A DNA stretch of 64,000 nucleotides from Puccinia triticina (taxonomy: Eukaryota): assembly GCA_026914245.1 (NCBI GenBank), contig CP110440.1, positions 3,968,001 through 4,032,000 of the forward strand. The letters are read 5' to 3'. The notes beneath the pieces are model-generated. The model was not told the DNA's origin, did no database searches, and saw nothing but the letters and a program-made list of their open reading frames with translations. Positions within the stretch are counted from its first letter, which is position 1. Each line of letters begins with the position of its first letter. The translations under genes and the position numbers were made by a program. This document shows, one piece after another, positions 23,306 through 35,641 of the stretch.

Positions 23306-25735
23306 TCAGTTGCCAGGCCTTTCAAATGAAAAGTCGCGCCATCGGCCGTTGAACTCAAGGGATAATGGTCGTCCTCCATAGTGGTAATTTTGGAATTTAG
23401 CTGTTCGGAAAGAAACGGATCATGAGTAACTGTTTCTCCGAATTTAAACTCGATGTTGTGATTGATTAACATACCAATGGCCGTTTCTGCTTCCTCAACT
23501 GTTTCAAATTGCACAACACCAACCCCTTTGGATCTACCTCCCTCAAATAACACTTCTGCATTTTCCACTTTTCCGGTTGTTTGAAACAGTTCCACCAAGT
23601 CATCATTCGAGGTCGACCATGGAAGCTGATTTGTGACAAAAAAAAGAACGACCAATTAGCGTTTTACTTGTTAAAAGCGCAACCCATGACTCAATGCCTA
23701 TTGATATATCCAGTGCCACACACGATCGACTTACGTTTTTCACGAATATTTGCTGGCTTGGCTGGATGCTCAATGAAGGGCCCTCAAGAGCACCTCGGTG
23801 AGCTCCCTTATACCCAGGTGGGCTGTTCGGAGACCCGTCTTGTCCAGGGTAATCACCATAAAGATTCGAGGTGTCTCGTCCTCCGGGACCACTGCTACCA
23901 AAGCCGCCCCTGAAACTTCCGCGTCCACTTGCGGCACCTATGGTGAACATTGAAGTCAACATAAGGTTCAACTTAACGAAGGCCTTAGTTGAGCCCTCAA
24001 TAACCTAACCCACCTCTGATACTACCTCGGAAACCACCTCTGAATCCTGAATTTCCGCTCGCGTTGCGATCTTCACGGACTTCCATCGTGCGTCCTTCAT
24101 ATTCAAAACCGTTGAACATGGCTGAAGCAGCAAATCATCAGTTAGGAGGATGCCGGAAGCAGTCATTATGGATGAGAGCGACGACAAACAAATCGCATTC
24201 TGAGCATCTCTGGATGTCTCGAAAATCACCGTTCCATTCCCAGTTGGTGATCCATCAGCATCAAAATAAACATCGGCTCTGATGATGCTACCGGCTGAAC
24301 GAAACATGTCTTTGAGGTCTTGCCATCCGACGTTGAGGGGTAGCTAAGAGAAACAAGGTAAATTATTGGCTTTAGGAAGTGATGAAGAGTCCATTTGGCA
24401 AAATCAAGCTACATACCCCTGAGATGGCAAGTTGCTTGCAAGACTGGCCGCCTTCAGAAAAACTGCTGCGTCCCCCTGAAAATTCACGTCCTACGCTCCC
24501 ACGGTTTCCAAATCCACTGGGCAATGGTCCACGACCCCCAGCCCCAGAAACAGCCAACGAACCATACCGTGCTTCTTCTTCCCGATCCTGCCATTCGAAT
24601 TCGCTGCTCAGTAAAGATACAAACGCATGGAATGGTGTATTGTACACGAAAACCGTCCCCTCCAAAACCCATTTCAAAAGACATTGCACACCTCTCGGAC
24701 AAAAACCTGTCGGCCGAAAAGGGGGGTATCATTCAACTCCTTCACGGCTCGTTCTGCATCTTGACGTGAGCTAAATTCGACCACTCCGCAACCCTTTGAC
24801 GAGGCGTTAGCGATGGATATTTGTCCATAGGTACAGTAAGCTTGAAGAAAAATCTTACTTTACTCATTCCGTTTGGGAGAACCATAACCTCCGCAAAGAC
24901 CACGTTCCCAACTGCAAATTCATATCAACAACCAGACATGCCAATTGCCCCCATAATTGTTTTGAGATGCAACCAAATCCATCCCTCCCGTCAGCAACCA
25001 ATCACCCAATTTCATATCATGTGTTTACCACCATCTAGGCTTCCACCCTTCCATCTCATCAGCCTAAACCTATAACCCCAATAATCCTTCTGATGGCAAA
25101 TAAGGTTGGATGTGGCGAGTAGGGACTTGACTGGAATTGAAAAGAAACCCGACTGTCTAGCAAACTTGACCCACCCTCACGCATGAAATCCTGCACCAGG
25201 CATCAAAATATCAGCAGGTTGAGGAAAACGGTGCTATTACTGAAAGGTGAAAGATGTTTTCCGGCTCAAAATATGAGGAGTATTGTGATATCACAGACCT
25301 TGAGATCATTCCATTTAACCGAGAAAGCCAAGTTGCCGACGTAAACCCGATTCTCTTTGATACTCCTTTTGCTGGCTTCGAGGGCAGCCATTTCACGACC
25401 GGTAGGACGTCTTCCAGAATCTTCAAAAGGTGCCCTTCCCCGCGAACTGAAGCCACCTGGGCGACCATTGGGTTGTGCGTATTTTGGATTACTATCGTCC
25501 CTGTCTACAAAACCCAGAATATCACGCGATGCATGTTAGGAAAAAAGGCGAAGGGACTAGCTCCGATGTGGGAAGATCCCTGTAGCAAACCTCGATCATA
25601 ACGGTAGCGAGGAGGAGAGGTACGGCGCTCGTAAGGGTGGCGAGCAGGGGAGGTACGGCGATCATACCGGTAACGAGCAGGAGAGGTCCGGCGGTCTTGC
25701 CGGGGTGAGCGACTTCGTGAGTCTGAATTGCGCAT
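23306..25735 (-). CDS. Gbp2/Hrb1-like SR/RGG RNA-binding protein with three RRMs
   Basis: N-terminal RS repeats (RSRSPR, RRTSP x3). RRM1 [34 protein letters not shown]2 [18 protein letters not shown]3 [32 protein letters not shown]. Includes a 16-nt microexon at 25190-25175. Confidence 0.92.
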
Positions 25736-26849
25736 TCTTCGTGCCGATCGTCGGGAGCGAGAGAGTGAGCGTCTATGTAGTAGGAGGGCGAATGGGTAAG
25801 CTGAGGTAAGTTGCGCTAGCTGTGCATCCGACAGGTCAGCTCTTGTCACAAAAAATTGCCGCCGAAGTTCGAAGTTGGGATGCGGGCCCTGCCGATCCGG
25901 TGAAACCCGACCGGATACCACGGAGGGTTTTCCAGAACCCGCCATCCAATTGGATACCGCGGATTGAAGGGTCCACCTTATCAACATGTGTTTTTTTAAT
26001 TTATAAGATACAAGGGCATGGCCCCCAAATTTGGGGTTTCAGGGGGGTGTGAAAGGCGCCAAGGGGACAGCTGAAAGGAAATGAATTAAGTTTTTCAAAA
26101 CTTTGAGGATGCAATTTCAGGGTGACTTCAGTCTAAGGAAAACCAATTTTTAATCAAAAAAAATGGGTTGGAAAACAACATTTCAAGTGAAAACTGCGTG
26201 AAATAAGGTCAAGTTTTTTTGGAAAAGACACACACCAGGGGGGAATCCGTTGCACTTCCCACAGAGTGCCATACTAGGATTTCTTATGGTAAATGTTCCA
26301 GAAGTTAACTGCTTGTGCATGTGTAAATGATACCTGAAAGATTGCTCATCTCCTGTTGAACTCATGGTGATGTCTTATCTAACCATCATGGGGTAGATTT
26401 GATTTCAATTGAATCAACCAAACAACCAGAAGATGGGGGAGGATAGGTAAAAGAAATACATGAACAATAGAAAATTTTTGTTGCATTATCCAAGCCGCTT
26501 GCAATCTGAGCCAACAGTCACTTTGCTAGGATCATCCCCTTGGCATACACAGTCACAGCACACACAATCAACTTCTTCATTTACTGTAAATTTCATCTGT
26601 TATTTGTGGCATAAGCAGAGCATCTAAGCAGTGTCTGTTACAATCACAAGATTAGATTCAAAGACAAAGGCAGCCCTCCAACCTGTTTTACTCAATTCCT
26701 GAAAGATTGGGAAATCACCAAAGGAGACATTTCCCCCAATGTTTCATAGTGTTCATATGCAGTGGCCAGGGTTGGCTTATCTCTTTATGATTGGGCAAAA
26801 TTACCATTGACCTCTGCCGGAATGCTGGCTTGGTGAGGACAGGTCATGA

Positions 26850-29560
26850 CATGCAAGGGGGTTGCGCCCTCGCACAGCCATTTTCTCTTAAAGTTTGGCA
26901 TCAGGGGATAAAGGAGCTCTGCTTCTCAGAGGAATCCTCAGATGTTGTGTGTGTGTATTGAAGGGGAGCTGCATTGAGCCTGTGACATAATCTTGGCTGG
27001 CGACAATGTCCAGCATGTGTGGCAGATGATGACCCCCTGGTGAACGGAAAATAAGAGGTTCAGGTGGCTTGGGGGAACCTGTCCAAAAACCCACCGTGCG
27101 GCTGTGTGATGGATGTCCACCCTGACATTTGCGCAAACATCAGGGTGGGCATCATACAGTGCTCATCAACCATTCAACTTGCTCCTCCCCGCACGCTGGA
27201 TCCACTAATTGCAACAAATCCCATGGAATATTGCTGGCTCTCCCCAAGCCTGGCAGCCCAACATGGTTTGTTCCAGCAGGCCTCAGTTTGGTTTCAGCCC
27301 CCACACATCAATTCATTTGCACTGACATATCTGTCAGGACATGCATTGCATGGCAGACAAGCTGCATCAGCTTCCCTTTGTGCACAGAACATAACACATT
27401 GTCTTTCAGACCAAGGGAAGGCACAATTGCAGAAACAAATAATAACCCTAATCTACATTCATGGACCCGCCAACCCCCATGCTACCCCCGGCTGTCATAC
27501 TGCTGCTTGCAACAGGCATGTTGGGCCAGTGGCACGTTTGAAAGCAGAGGATATGACACTGAACTGGAATTATGCTTGCAGAGCTCTTCAAGGTTACACA
27601 AGATGACATCAAGGCCAAATTCTGGTGCCTTTGGAATGTTTTTCTACTTGTATTGACTCAAAATTTTCCAACAAGTCAGACTTTAGCAATCAAGCAGAAA
27701 GCCACAAGGCATATTACTTTGGCAGAGCAGTTTTTGTGTATCTGTTGGTTCAATCACAAATCAAGAAGGATTGCATCTTACCCAAATTGGCCCAGAATTG
27801 ATCTTATCATAAAATAGAAATGGCCATTTTCATGACTTAAAGGTTGGTCCCCCCCCTTCAACTGATCACTGATTCAATATTTGATTGAAAGAGCAGTTGA
27901 TCATAGGTTAGGCTACAGTTATACTTGCAATACTGTGGAAAGTTACACAAGATTTAAGGTCAACTCTAGCTTCACATCAGCACAAGGTTCTGATGAAATT
28001 ACGGTGTGGCACTCTGTAGGAAGTGCGACAATTTCCCCCCTGGTGACAAAAGTTGTTGCTGAAAAAATAAATGTTTGGAAAAATGGCAATGAGGGAGAAT
28101 CAAAAACTCTGAACACTGGCCACTTTCACACTGTGGAATCACTACCCACTACCTTAGTAGTTTGGCTTGATTTGCTTCTTGACAACACAACATATAGCTG
28201 GCCATGACTAAACAGATGTTCATGAAGTAAAATACCAACATTGCCAATTGTTTGATGTTGAGGAGAAGGCCAGATTGACAGGAAATTGCTTGCCTATGAG
28301 ATTCAAAGGCATTCCTGACTCATTTGGGTCAGATATGAAAGTAATTTGAGGGATGGCCACATAATCATTAACACTGTTACCTGATATTCCTCTTGCGTGA
28401 ATCACATTTGAACCCAAGTTTTCCACAATCAACCTTGAACCTGGTTCTATTACAAATTTGCATTTTCCAATCAAGGTCCTGAGCATTATTATTGGCATAT
28501 GAGGTGGGAAACCTGAGATGTTTAACCCATTGATATACTTGTGCAAATATAGGTTTTGGGGATCATCCTCTACAGAATAATAGATTGTGTAAGTTCTCCC
28601 ATTCAAGTACATGTCTATTTGTCATTTGGGCTTCATCCCAAATTATCAGCTTTGATTGCCTCAACACATCTGCCATTGAGTTTTGAGATGTTTTGTGATT
28701 GAAGAGACTGAATTTTTCAGAAGCTTTGAAGGAATTCCAAAATTTATCTTGGCAACCCTGTGATATGGCATGTTCATAGCTGCAATTCCCGTGGACTTGG
28801 AGGGATGAAAAATTAAAATGGGGCAGGTTGAATATCCATATGGTTAGAACAATTAGAGTTCACCACTTCCAGCACACACAATATAAATTCTTTGGGATTA
28901 CATTGGCCAATAAGTAGTGGTATAAGAAATTCTTTCCGGAGTCTCCTGGACCATCAATAAAGAATGAAGCAGTCTGTTATGCATAACATGCATTAATAAT
29001 CTGATCAAAGGCTGATCTTTGCTGATTGTTCAAATGATTTGCATTGAATCTGAACTTGGTTGACATTGAAGCTTGACCTCTCTTCATTCAACATCCAGTT
29101 TCTGATTAGATGGTTTCAGTGATTTCAGATGCAACACATTCAAACTGGCATATGAGAGGATTCTAATGGTGAAGTATTGATTGGATTGTTTACATCAGTC
29201 CTGGAAGTCTATCTTGAGCGTGAAATCTCCAGTTTGCAAAATCATTTTCTGTGTTGTATATGAATGTTCTCCTGAGTGCAGATTGTACACAAAGTCTCAC
29301 TGCCCTCAAAGTATAAGGCCTGAATCCAGCAGGTTCAGTCCCATTCAATCAGCCGGCTTACATGTTGTTGGTGAATATTTCTGGGGGAGTGGTTGTCTTT
29401 GAAATCATCTTCAACCAAATTTCCAGACGGGGGATCAAACAATCTAGATTGAGATAATCTTTCCTCAATTTGTTCTTAAAGAAGCCCCAAATCAATTTCA
29501 GGCAGGTCATCCCAAGTTGGGTATTGGCACATGGGATAACTTTGGGAAATTATCAGAAGA
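26850..29560 (-). mobile_element. Decayed Helitron with PIF1-type helicase pseudogene
   Basis: Minus-strand remnants FFIDGPGDSGK (about 28932-28964), SGFPPH, QFPVNLAFS and HGQLYVVLSR (28178-28206) broken by stops and frameshifts. A putative 3' hairpin gagggcgcaaccccc followed by degenerate CATG (for CTAG) lies near 26850. Boundaries approximate. Confidence 0.75.
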
Positions 29561-30171
29561 TGGAAACAGATTCTGTAAATTTACTGGTGAAGCACTTTGC
29601 TAGTGGAGCAAGTTGATGATACAAAACCTGGTTGTGTGGTTTCCATGATTGTTATTTTCATAATTTTGAAAATAACGGGGCTGAGAAAGAGAATTTTAAT
29701 GCTCCCTGCGCAGAGGAAAAGATTGTTGATAATGATGGGAGGATTGACGGTGTGGAATTGATGATTGGTGGTAATGATGGGAGGGTGGATGGTGTGGATG
29801 TTGTGATTGTTGTTAATGATAGGAGGCACAGTTTATGGGAATATGGAATTAAAAGTACTAGGGAAATTGTGGCTGCGCCACATGAAATGAGTCTCAGCTT
29901 TTGAGATTTGCCAAACAAGATGCATCAAAAAATGTCCAATGGCAAAAACAAGGAACAATTGAACCAGCACCCAAAAAGGAAGTTGTCACCTGTGAAATCT
30001 GTCAAGCATGGTGAAAATTGAACATGCAGGCAGCAGCACCCTATAACTGAAATTCTGAAAACTGTAGATTACTCCAAGTTCCAACTCAATCAAATCACAA
30101 TCACTCACTTGATTACACAAACAGATAAGGATAAAATGGAATAATATCCATCATCATTGACAACTAATTAA

Positions 30172-30334
30172 GGCCCTGTTTGGACGCGCCTTTATATATG
30201 TCATAAACAGGGCAAATTTATGATGTGCGTCCCAAAGTTTGCCCCCCCGTTGCCACTAAAATTTTGGAACCCCTGGGGTTGCATGTCATAAATTCACCCA
30301 CTTATGATGTATAATGCTGCGTCCCAACGGGGCG
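30172..30334. mobile_element. Tourist/PIF-Harbinger MITE
   Basis: TIR ggccctgtttggacgc / gcgtcccaacggggcg; TAA on both sides; same TIR class as 12623-12772. Confidence 0.8.
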
Positions 30335-31408
30335 TAACAGAACAATTCTATGAAAAAAGGAGCTATGTGTGGTGATTTTAATTTTCTAAGAGTGAATACT
30401 TCAAAGGTTCAAGATGCACAACATATGGCTGCACATGAGCAAAGACAGGCCTTGGAAAAAATACTCTGACAGTCCCTAAGGATTGACCTTGACACTTGTT
30501 GCCAGTCACAGCAAAAGCCCTTATGATTGGAATTTGGATACAGGAATGGGATAAAGCAAAGCCAAATTTGAGATTAGGTTCTTGGATGACTTCTAACCTG
30601 GAAATGCCCCAATCCCTACCGCTGTGGGACTCTTTAAAATCTGAAGATCAAGGACCTGTGGCTGGATATCTTGGATTAGGATTTTTGTCACATTGGCAAG
30701 GTGGTTGGCTAAGCCATGATTTTGATTGAGCACTACAAGCATATTATAATCTTCAATGAGAGGCAACTTTCAGGAAATTTTGGAAATTCCATTTTGTTCA
30801 GGACCTCTTTCAGAACTGCTTGCTAACTGCCCCAGGGCCATGGCTTGCAGCATCATTCCGATCTAAATCAATGAATTTGCTATAACACCATAGAGACTAT
30901 GTGTCAATTAAAAAAAAGAAGAAAAAACCCTCCTCATTTAGATCAAAAGAGCCTGAAAGGCTTACTCTGCTGCCAGAATTTTCCGCGCAATATCCTGTTA
31001 AAAGGGTAGTGGAGGATCAGAGTGAGAGTATGTGGGAATGGTTACAGTGGATTCCACAGAGCTTATCCTGCCTCTTGCCCGCCATGATCTCGAGAACGTT
31101 CCTCAGCTCAAGCCATCACATGTTGCGGACCCTGCGGTTGGCAAAGTCGGTGTTGGTGACCATTTTGGGGAGATTGGCGATCATTGAGCCCCACATTTGC
31201 TCGCTGTCCTGCCTTGACCCACTCCACCGTTGGCACCGACGTGTTCCGCTCCATCACCAGCGCAGGGCAGAAGGAGGTCACCGTTGGCTTGAGTTTTGTT
31301 GATTGGCGGCAGCGGAGCAGAAGACTTAAATCTGCGGAAGCCAGTCAAAGAGGTTTTGAAACCTCTTTGACAGAAAGACTGGAAGGAATATTCCTTCCGG
31401 TCAATTTT

Positions 31409-31546
31409 GAGGGGAAGGTACCCGCCGGTACCCGCGCGGGTACCTGCAACCCGCTCTGACTGCCCCAGGCGGTGCAGGTGCGGGTGCGGGTGTCAAACTT
31501 ATGGCAAAAAAGCTGGCGGGTACCTGGGTTCACAGGGGCCATCTCT
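31409..31546. mobile_element. Truncated hAT MITE end (gccatctcta terminus, ggtacccg motifs)
   Basis: Same terminus and subterminal motifs as the right end of 39106-39916. Confidence 0.6.
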
Positions 31547-33495
31547 ACCAAAAACAACAGGAATTTGCTGATTCTCTGTTAGAGATGAATGTCACGTTAA
31601 GTATTACTGTGGTTGTGTCACACTTTCTATATTTAGCGCAAGAGATGTCGGTTTTGGAAGCAATGTGGAACAGCGGTTGTGTGAGGGTGAGGAACAGCCC
31701 GGTTGTGGAAGAGACAGATTGATTTCTTAGTGTGAAGACTTGAGATCAGCAGTTGGATAAGGGGAATAAAATAGGAGAGGACAAAAGCGAGTGTAGTATT
31801 TCTTGGAGCAGTGAACAAAACACAAGTATGGTTGCGGTGGCAGAAGTGAACAAAAGGTTATAGAGAGTAGTGGAAGTACACTATTGGTGTGAGGTTGAGG
31901 GAAAAGGTATAAAAGGAGGCTGTTGGTAGCAGGATTCAAGGCAAGGCGCCCGACTTTCAGACTCATATGGGTAGCCTTCAGCAGGGGGGAATGCTGCAAA
32001 AAACACTTCAGGAAGTGGGAAATCTCTGTAGGAGATGTTATACATTCCCAAGTCACAAAAATGCTGTTTTATATCATAAAAAAACTCTCAACTACTATTT
32101 TGGCCTACTCAGAATTTCTTTAAACTTTTTCTTGCATAAGCTATCATCCAATGAAAGTTGAGTAACTTTTCAGTAACTGCCCACCAATGATGGGAGGGTT
32201 TATGGTGTGGACTTTGCAATTGTTGGTGATGATGGGAAAGTGAAATGTGTTGAAGTTGGTGATTTTGGGGGGTTTGTGGGTGCTGTTGAAATTGTATTTG
32301 ATTTGGTGCTCTTGTTGGTAAAATGAACATTTGGATTAGAATTTCTCAAAAATTGTTGTGTCAAGGACATAGTCCAGGAGCATTGAGTCAATGTATAATA
32401 ATCATTCAGTGAAGTGAAAGAGAAAACAACTGAGACAGGGACTGGACTACATAAGATGGTACATGATATGGGCCAGCTTGTGGGTGTATGTAGTAGAAGC
32501 ATACAACTCTATAAGAATATGATACACTATCTTAAAAGTTCCTGCCACCAAATTAGAGAGGAAAAGCAGGCCATTTTAATTGTCCCCAGGACTTGGGCAC
32601 ACAAAGCTGTCCACATGTGAAAAACAAGAGATGTATCTGAGGCTCTCATGCCATTGCCAGAAAGCAGGTATTATAATTTACATTCAAGTCCCTCTCTGAT
32701 GAGAGTTTGTACTTTGGGGAGATTAATTTTCACCCCTGGTAGGCTGGCAGGCAAGGACTCCTAAGTTTGGGATGCATTGTGCCTAACTTGACACAAGTCC
32801 CCCTGGCGGGAGGCTTTCTGTGGCTGGCTGCAAAAAGGCCCCTCCCACAGGGAGGGAATTGCATATTATCCCCCAATTTCACAGGGGAGCAGAAAGTACC
32901 AAATGGCTGTAAGGTTTTTAACTTTTAAATAGCTCCGCCCCCAGCACCTCCAAAGGTCTGAGCCACAACTCTCTGACCCTTTGGCATCTCCTCTACAATT
33001 CTGTTTCTTCAGAATTTTTTTATTTTTTATCACCATCAATGTATTTTTAATAAATTTTTGTAAAATGACCTCTCAAGAAATGGATCTGCACAAAGATTCA
33101 GAAGGCTGTATTGCTTGTAGATCCTGTGGATCAAAAAATCTGCATGCTTCCTAGGTTGTATGTAGATTCCTGACACATTGTATTTACACAAGCTAAGATC
33201 ACCGCAGTGCTTCCATCTGGCCAAATGTGGATCCACAATTGGATCTTCCAAACTTAAGACATGGTTTGGAATTTTGTTTTGCTGCCTTGACCTAGATTCC
33301 TGGACAGTTTTTCCACTAGGGATTGCAGTCTTTGGATTGATAGGCTGGAACAGGTGTCAAAATTTGTGCATTCATCAACACTACAAGATTTTCTATTCAG
33401 TTTTTTGTTGCAGTTTTTATTACACTTTATAGGGCTGTATTTTTATTTTTTGAACTGAGTATCCCTTCTGTTCACACCAAAATTGAGGGATAGAG

Positions 33496-34647
33496 AGTAA
33501 GCCTCTCCTACAGAGAGTGCTCTGCGCAGGTCCCCCGGACCTCTGTTTGAGTGGCTTTGTTAAGCTAGGTATTGGCTAAAGATAAATATTGTGCTAAGGT
33601 CTAGTCTGTGAAGATGAAGAGAGTATCTGGGCTCTTGGGTTCTGTTGTTCTGGATCCTAAGATGATTGTAGGATGAGGAAGGAGCCTGGATCTCCAACCT
33701 CTCAAACCAGGAATATGTGGTCTGTGACATGTATGTGATAGCTATGTACATGTGAGTCTGCAATAGAAATCCTGTCAGCCTTAGAGTCAACACAGCTGAC
33801 CTAAAGTCTACCTTTTCTACCTTTTTTACATATGAATTACTTCATATCTTTTTCACCTTAAGAGATATCCTTGTTTTGACTTCATATTATTTTTTCTCAT
33901 GCAATTTTAACCCCAGTTACAACTCACCAATTCTTGTAACCCTACTCATTCCCTGAGTTCTTGAGTTATGGCACGCATGCGCAGTTGTGACGTGGCAGCA
34001 CTACCTGGCGCGCCAACCACTTGTACATATGTAATTATGTAAGCAAACTCTGAAAATTTTTGAAGTCAGGATCCCCCTTGCCTGAGGAGGATCTACTGAC
34101 TTCAGCACACCAGAACCACACCCCCAGATAACCTAGGATCACCCCAAAAGGATACACAACTCCCAGTACACCTACCGTCACAGGCGCCTAGGATATTGAC
34201 AGTGAGTATACCTTTCTTTGAACCTTGATTATCTCAGAGTGAAACTCTGTTGTCTCTTGACTGTTTCTCTTTCTTCTAATTTTACCCAACTCTCTCAAGA
34301 TCAAAGGTTTCTCTGTTAAACCTAGACTTTGTCTAAAAATAAGAGCTGAATAGTTTACTGTTCAGTGTCCCCCCACCGTCTTACTGGTGCGCGCAGAGGC
34401 TGTAGCCCTTCTTGGTCTGGCACAGCTGTCCTTACAACTTTTCCAGGTTGTTCAAGTTGACTTTGAGGATCCTCTTATAAAGAGTAGATAGACCACCTCC
34501 AGATCATATCTCTCTCTTCCTCTATTTTTCTCTTTCTGTTTGTAGTTCTTTATCCCAAGAAATACAAACGGTGCCCACATTTTTCTTTGTGTCCTGTTGT
34601 CACTTTAGAGACTCAGGCTCACAAATCCCGCGCTAAGGCTCATAACA
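33496..34647. mobile_element. Cluster of solo-LTR-like remnants, one nested
   Basis: gtaagcctc...tgtgaca (33496-33729); tgtaag...cttaca (34038-34436) sitting inside a segment that ends ctaaggctcataaca (34647). TG..CA ends but no clean TSDs. Confidence 0.5.
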
Positions 34648-34823
34648 GCTTGCTTGGTTGGAGCTTCTTTTCTTTAAACCAGAAGTTTTGTGATACCTGT
34701 AAATTTAGAGGTGCGGCCTGCCAAGATTGGGATTTTCACATTGTTCAATTTTTTTTTACTTTGATGCAAGGTATGCCTCCACCTCAGCATTTCCCAAAAT
34801 TTTGAATTAGCCAGAATGTATTA

Positions 34824-35641
34824 GGCGCCAATTATAAACAATATTTGGCAATTATTTGGGAGATTTTTGAAATCTCCCTGATTGTTTTTTCCACTATTTC
34901 TTTGTTACCACATTTTTGTTTTGGGCCCCAAATCACCTAGATGAGGTGATTTGGACCAGGAAAATTTTTAATTTGGGGCCAAGTACAGCCATACAGCAGA
35001 TGTATTCAGTGGTACAACTGAGTTGCCATTGAATCTTGAATACACCACCCCTTGGCAGTGGTTTTGAAAATTCTCTAGGGCCAATATCCCCTTCCAACCA
35101 GCAATAATCCCTGTCCATCCCCCATATCCAATCCACACCAACCAACCGCTGTCAGATGAGTGCTCCAAATGGACAACCTTACATCCCCAGCAAGGCCAAT
35201 CTTGCTTACCAGCGGGCATGTGGGTATATCCCCCAAACACCCAACCCATCATTGACCCCATACTACACAGCCCCCCCAGCCCCTTGGTACCAGCATCCGC
35301 CTTCCAATGGCTCACCCGCATAGACAGTGTTGGGGGCATTCTCCTTGTGTTGATCCAGATGCCAGAGGGCATAAATGTGAAGTGGGGTGGGATCAAGATC
35401 AGGCGGGAACATTTGGTGATGGTTGGGCTTGTGGTTCCGGCAGGCGGCAGATGGCAACTTGGTGGGGGGAAAGCACTGTACTTTGGGAAGGCACCAGCGG
35501 TTTATAATTGCGCCTTTATTTGAGGCTTTTTTGAAACCATTTTGGGCTGGTATTCTGTAACCAAAAATGAAATCGTGCTGAATTCACAAAAGTTTGGAAA
35601 AAGTTTCAAAAAAAAACCAAATATCGTTTATAATTGGCACC
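34824..35641. mobile_element. PIF/Harbinger non-autonomous element
   Basis: TIR ggcgccaattataaac / gtttataattggcacc; TTA duplication on both sides. Confidence 0.85.
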
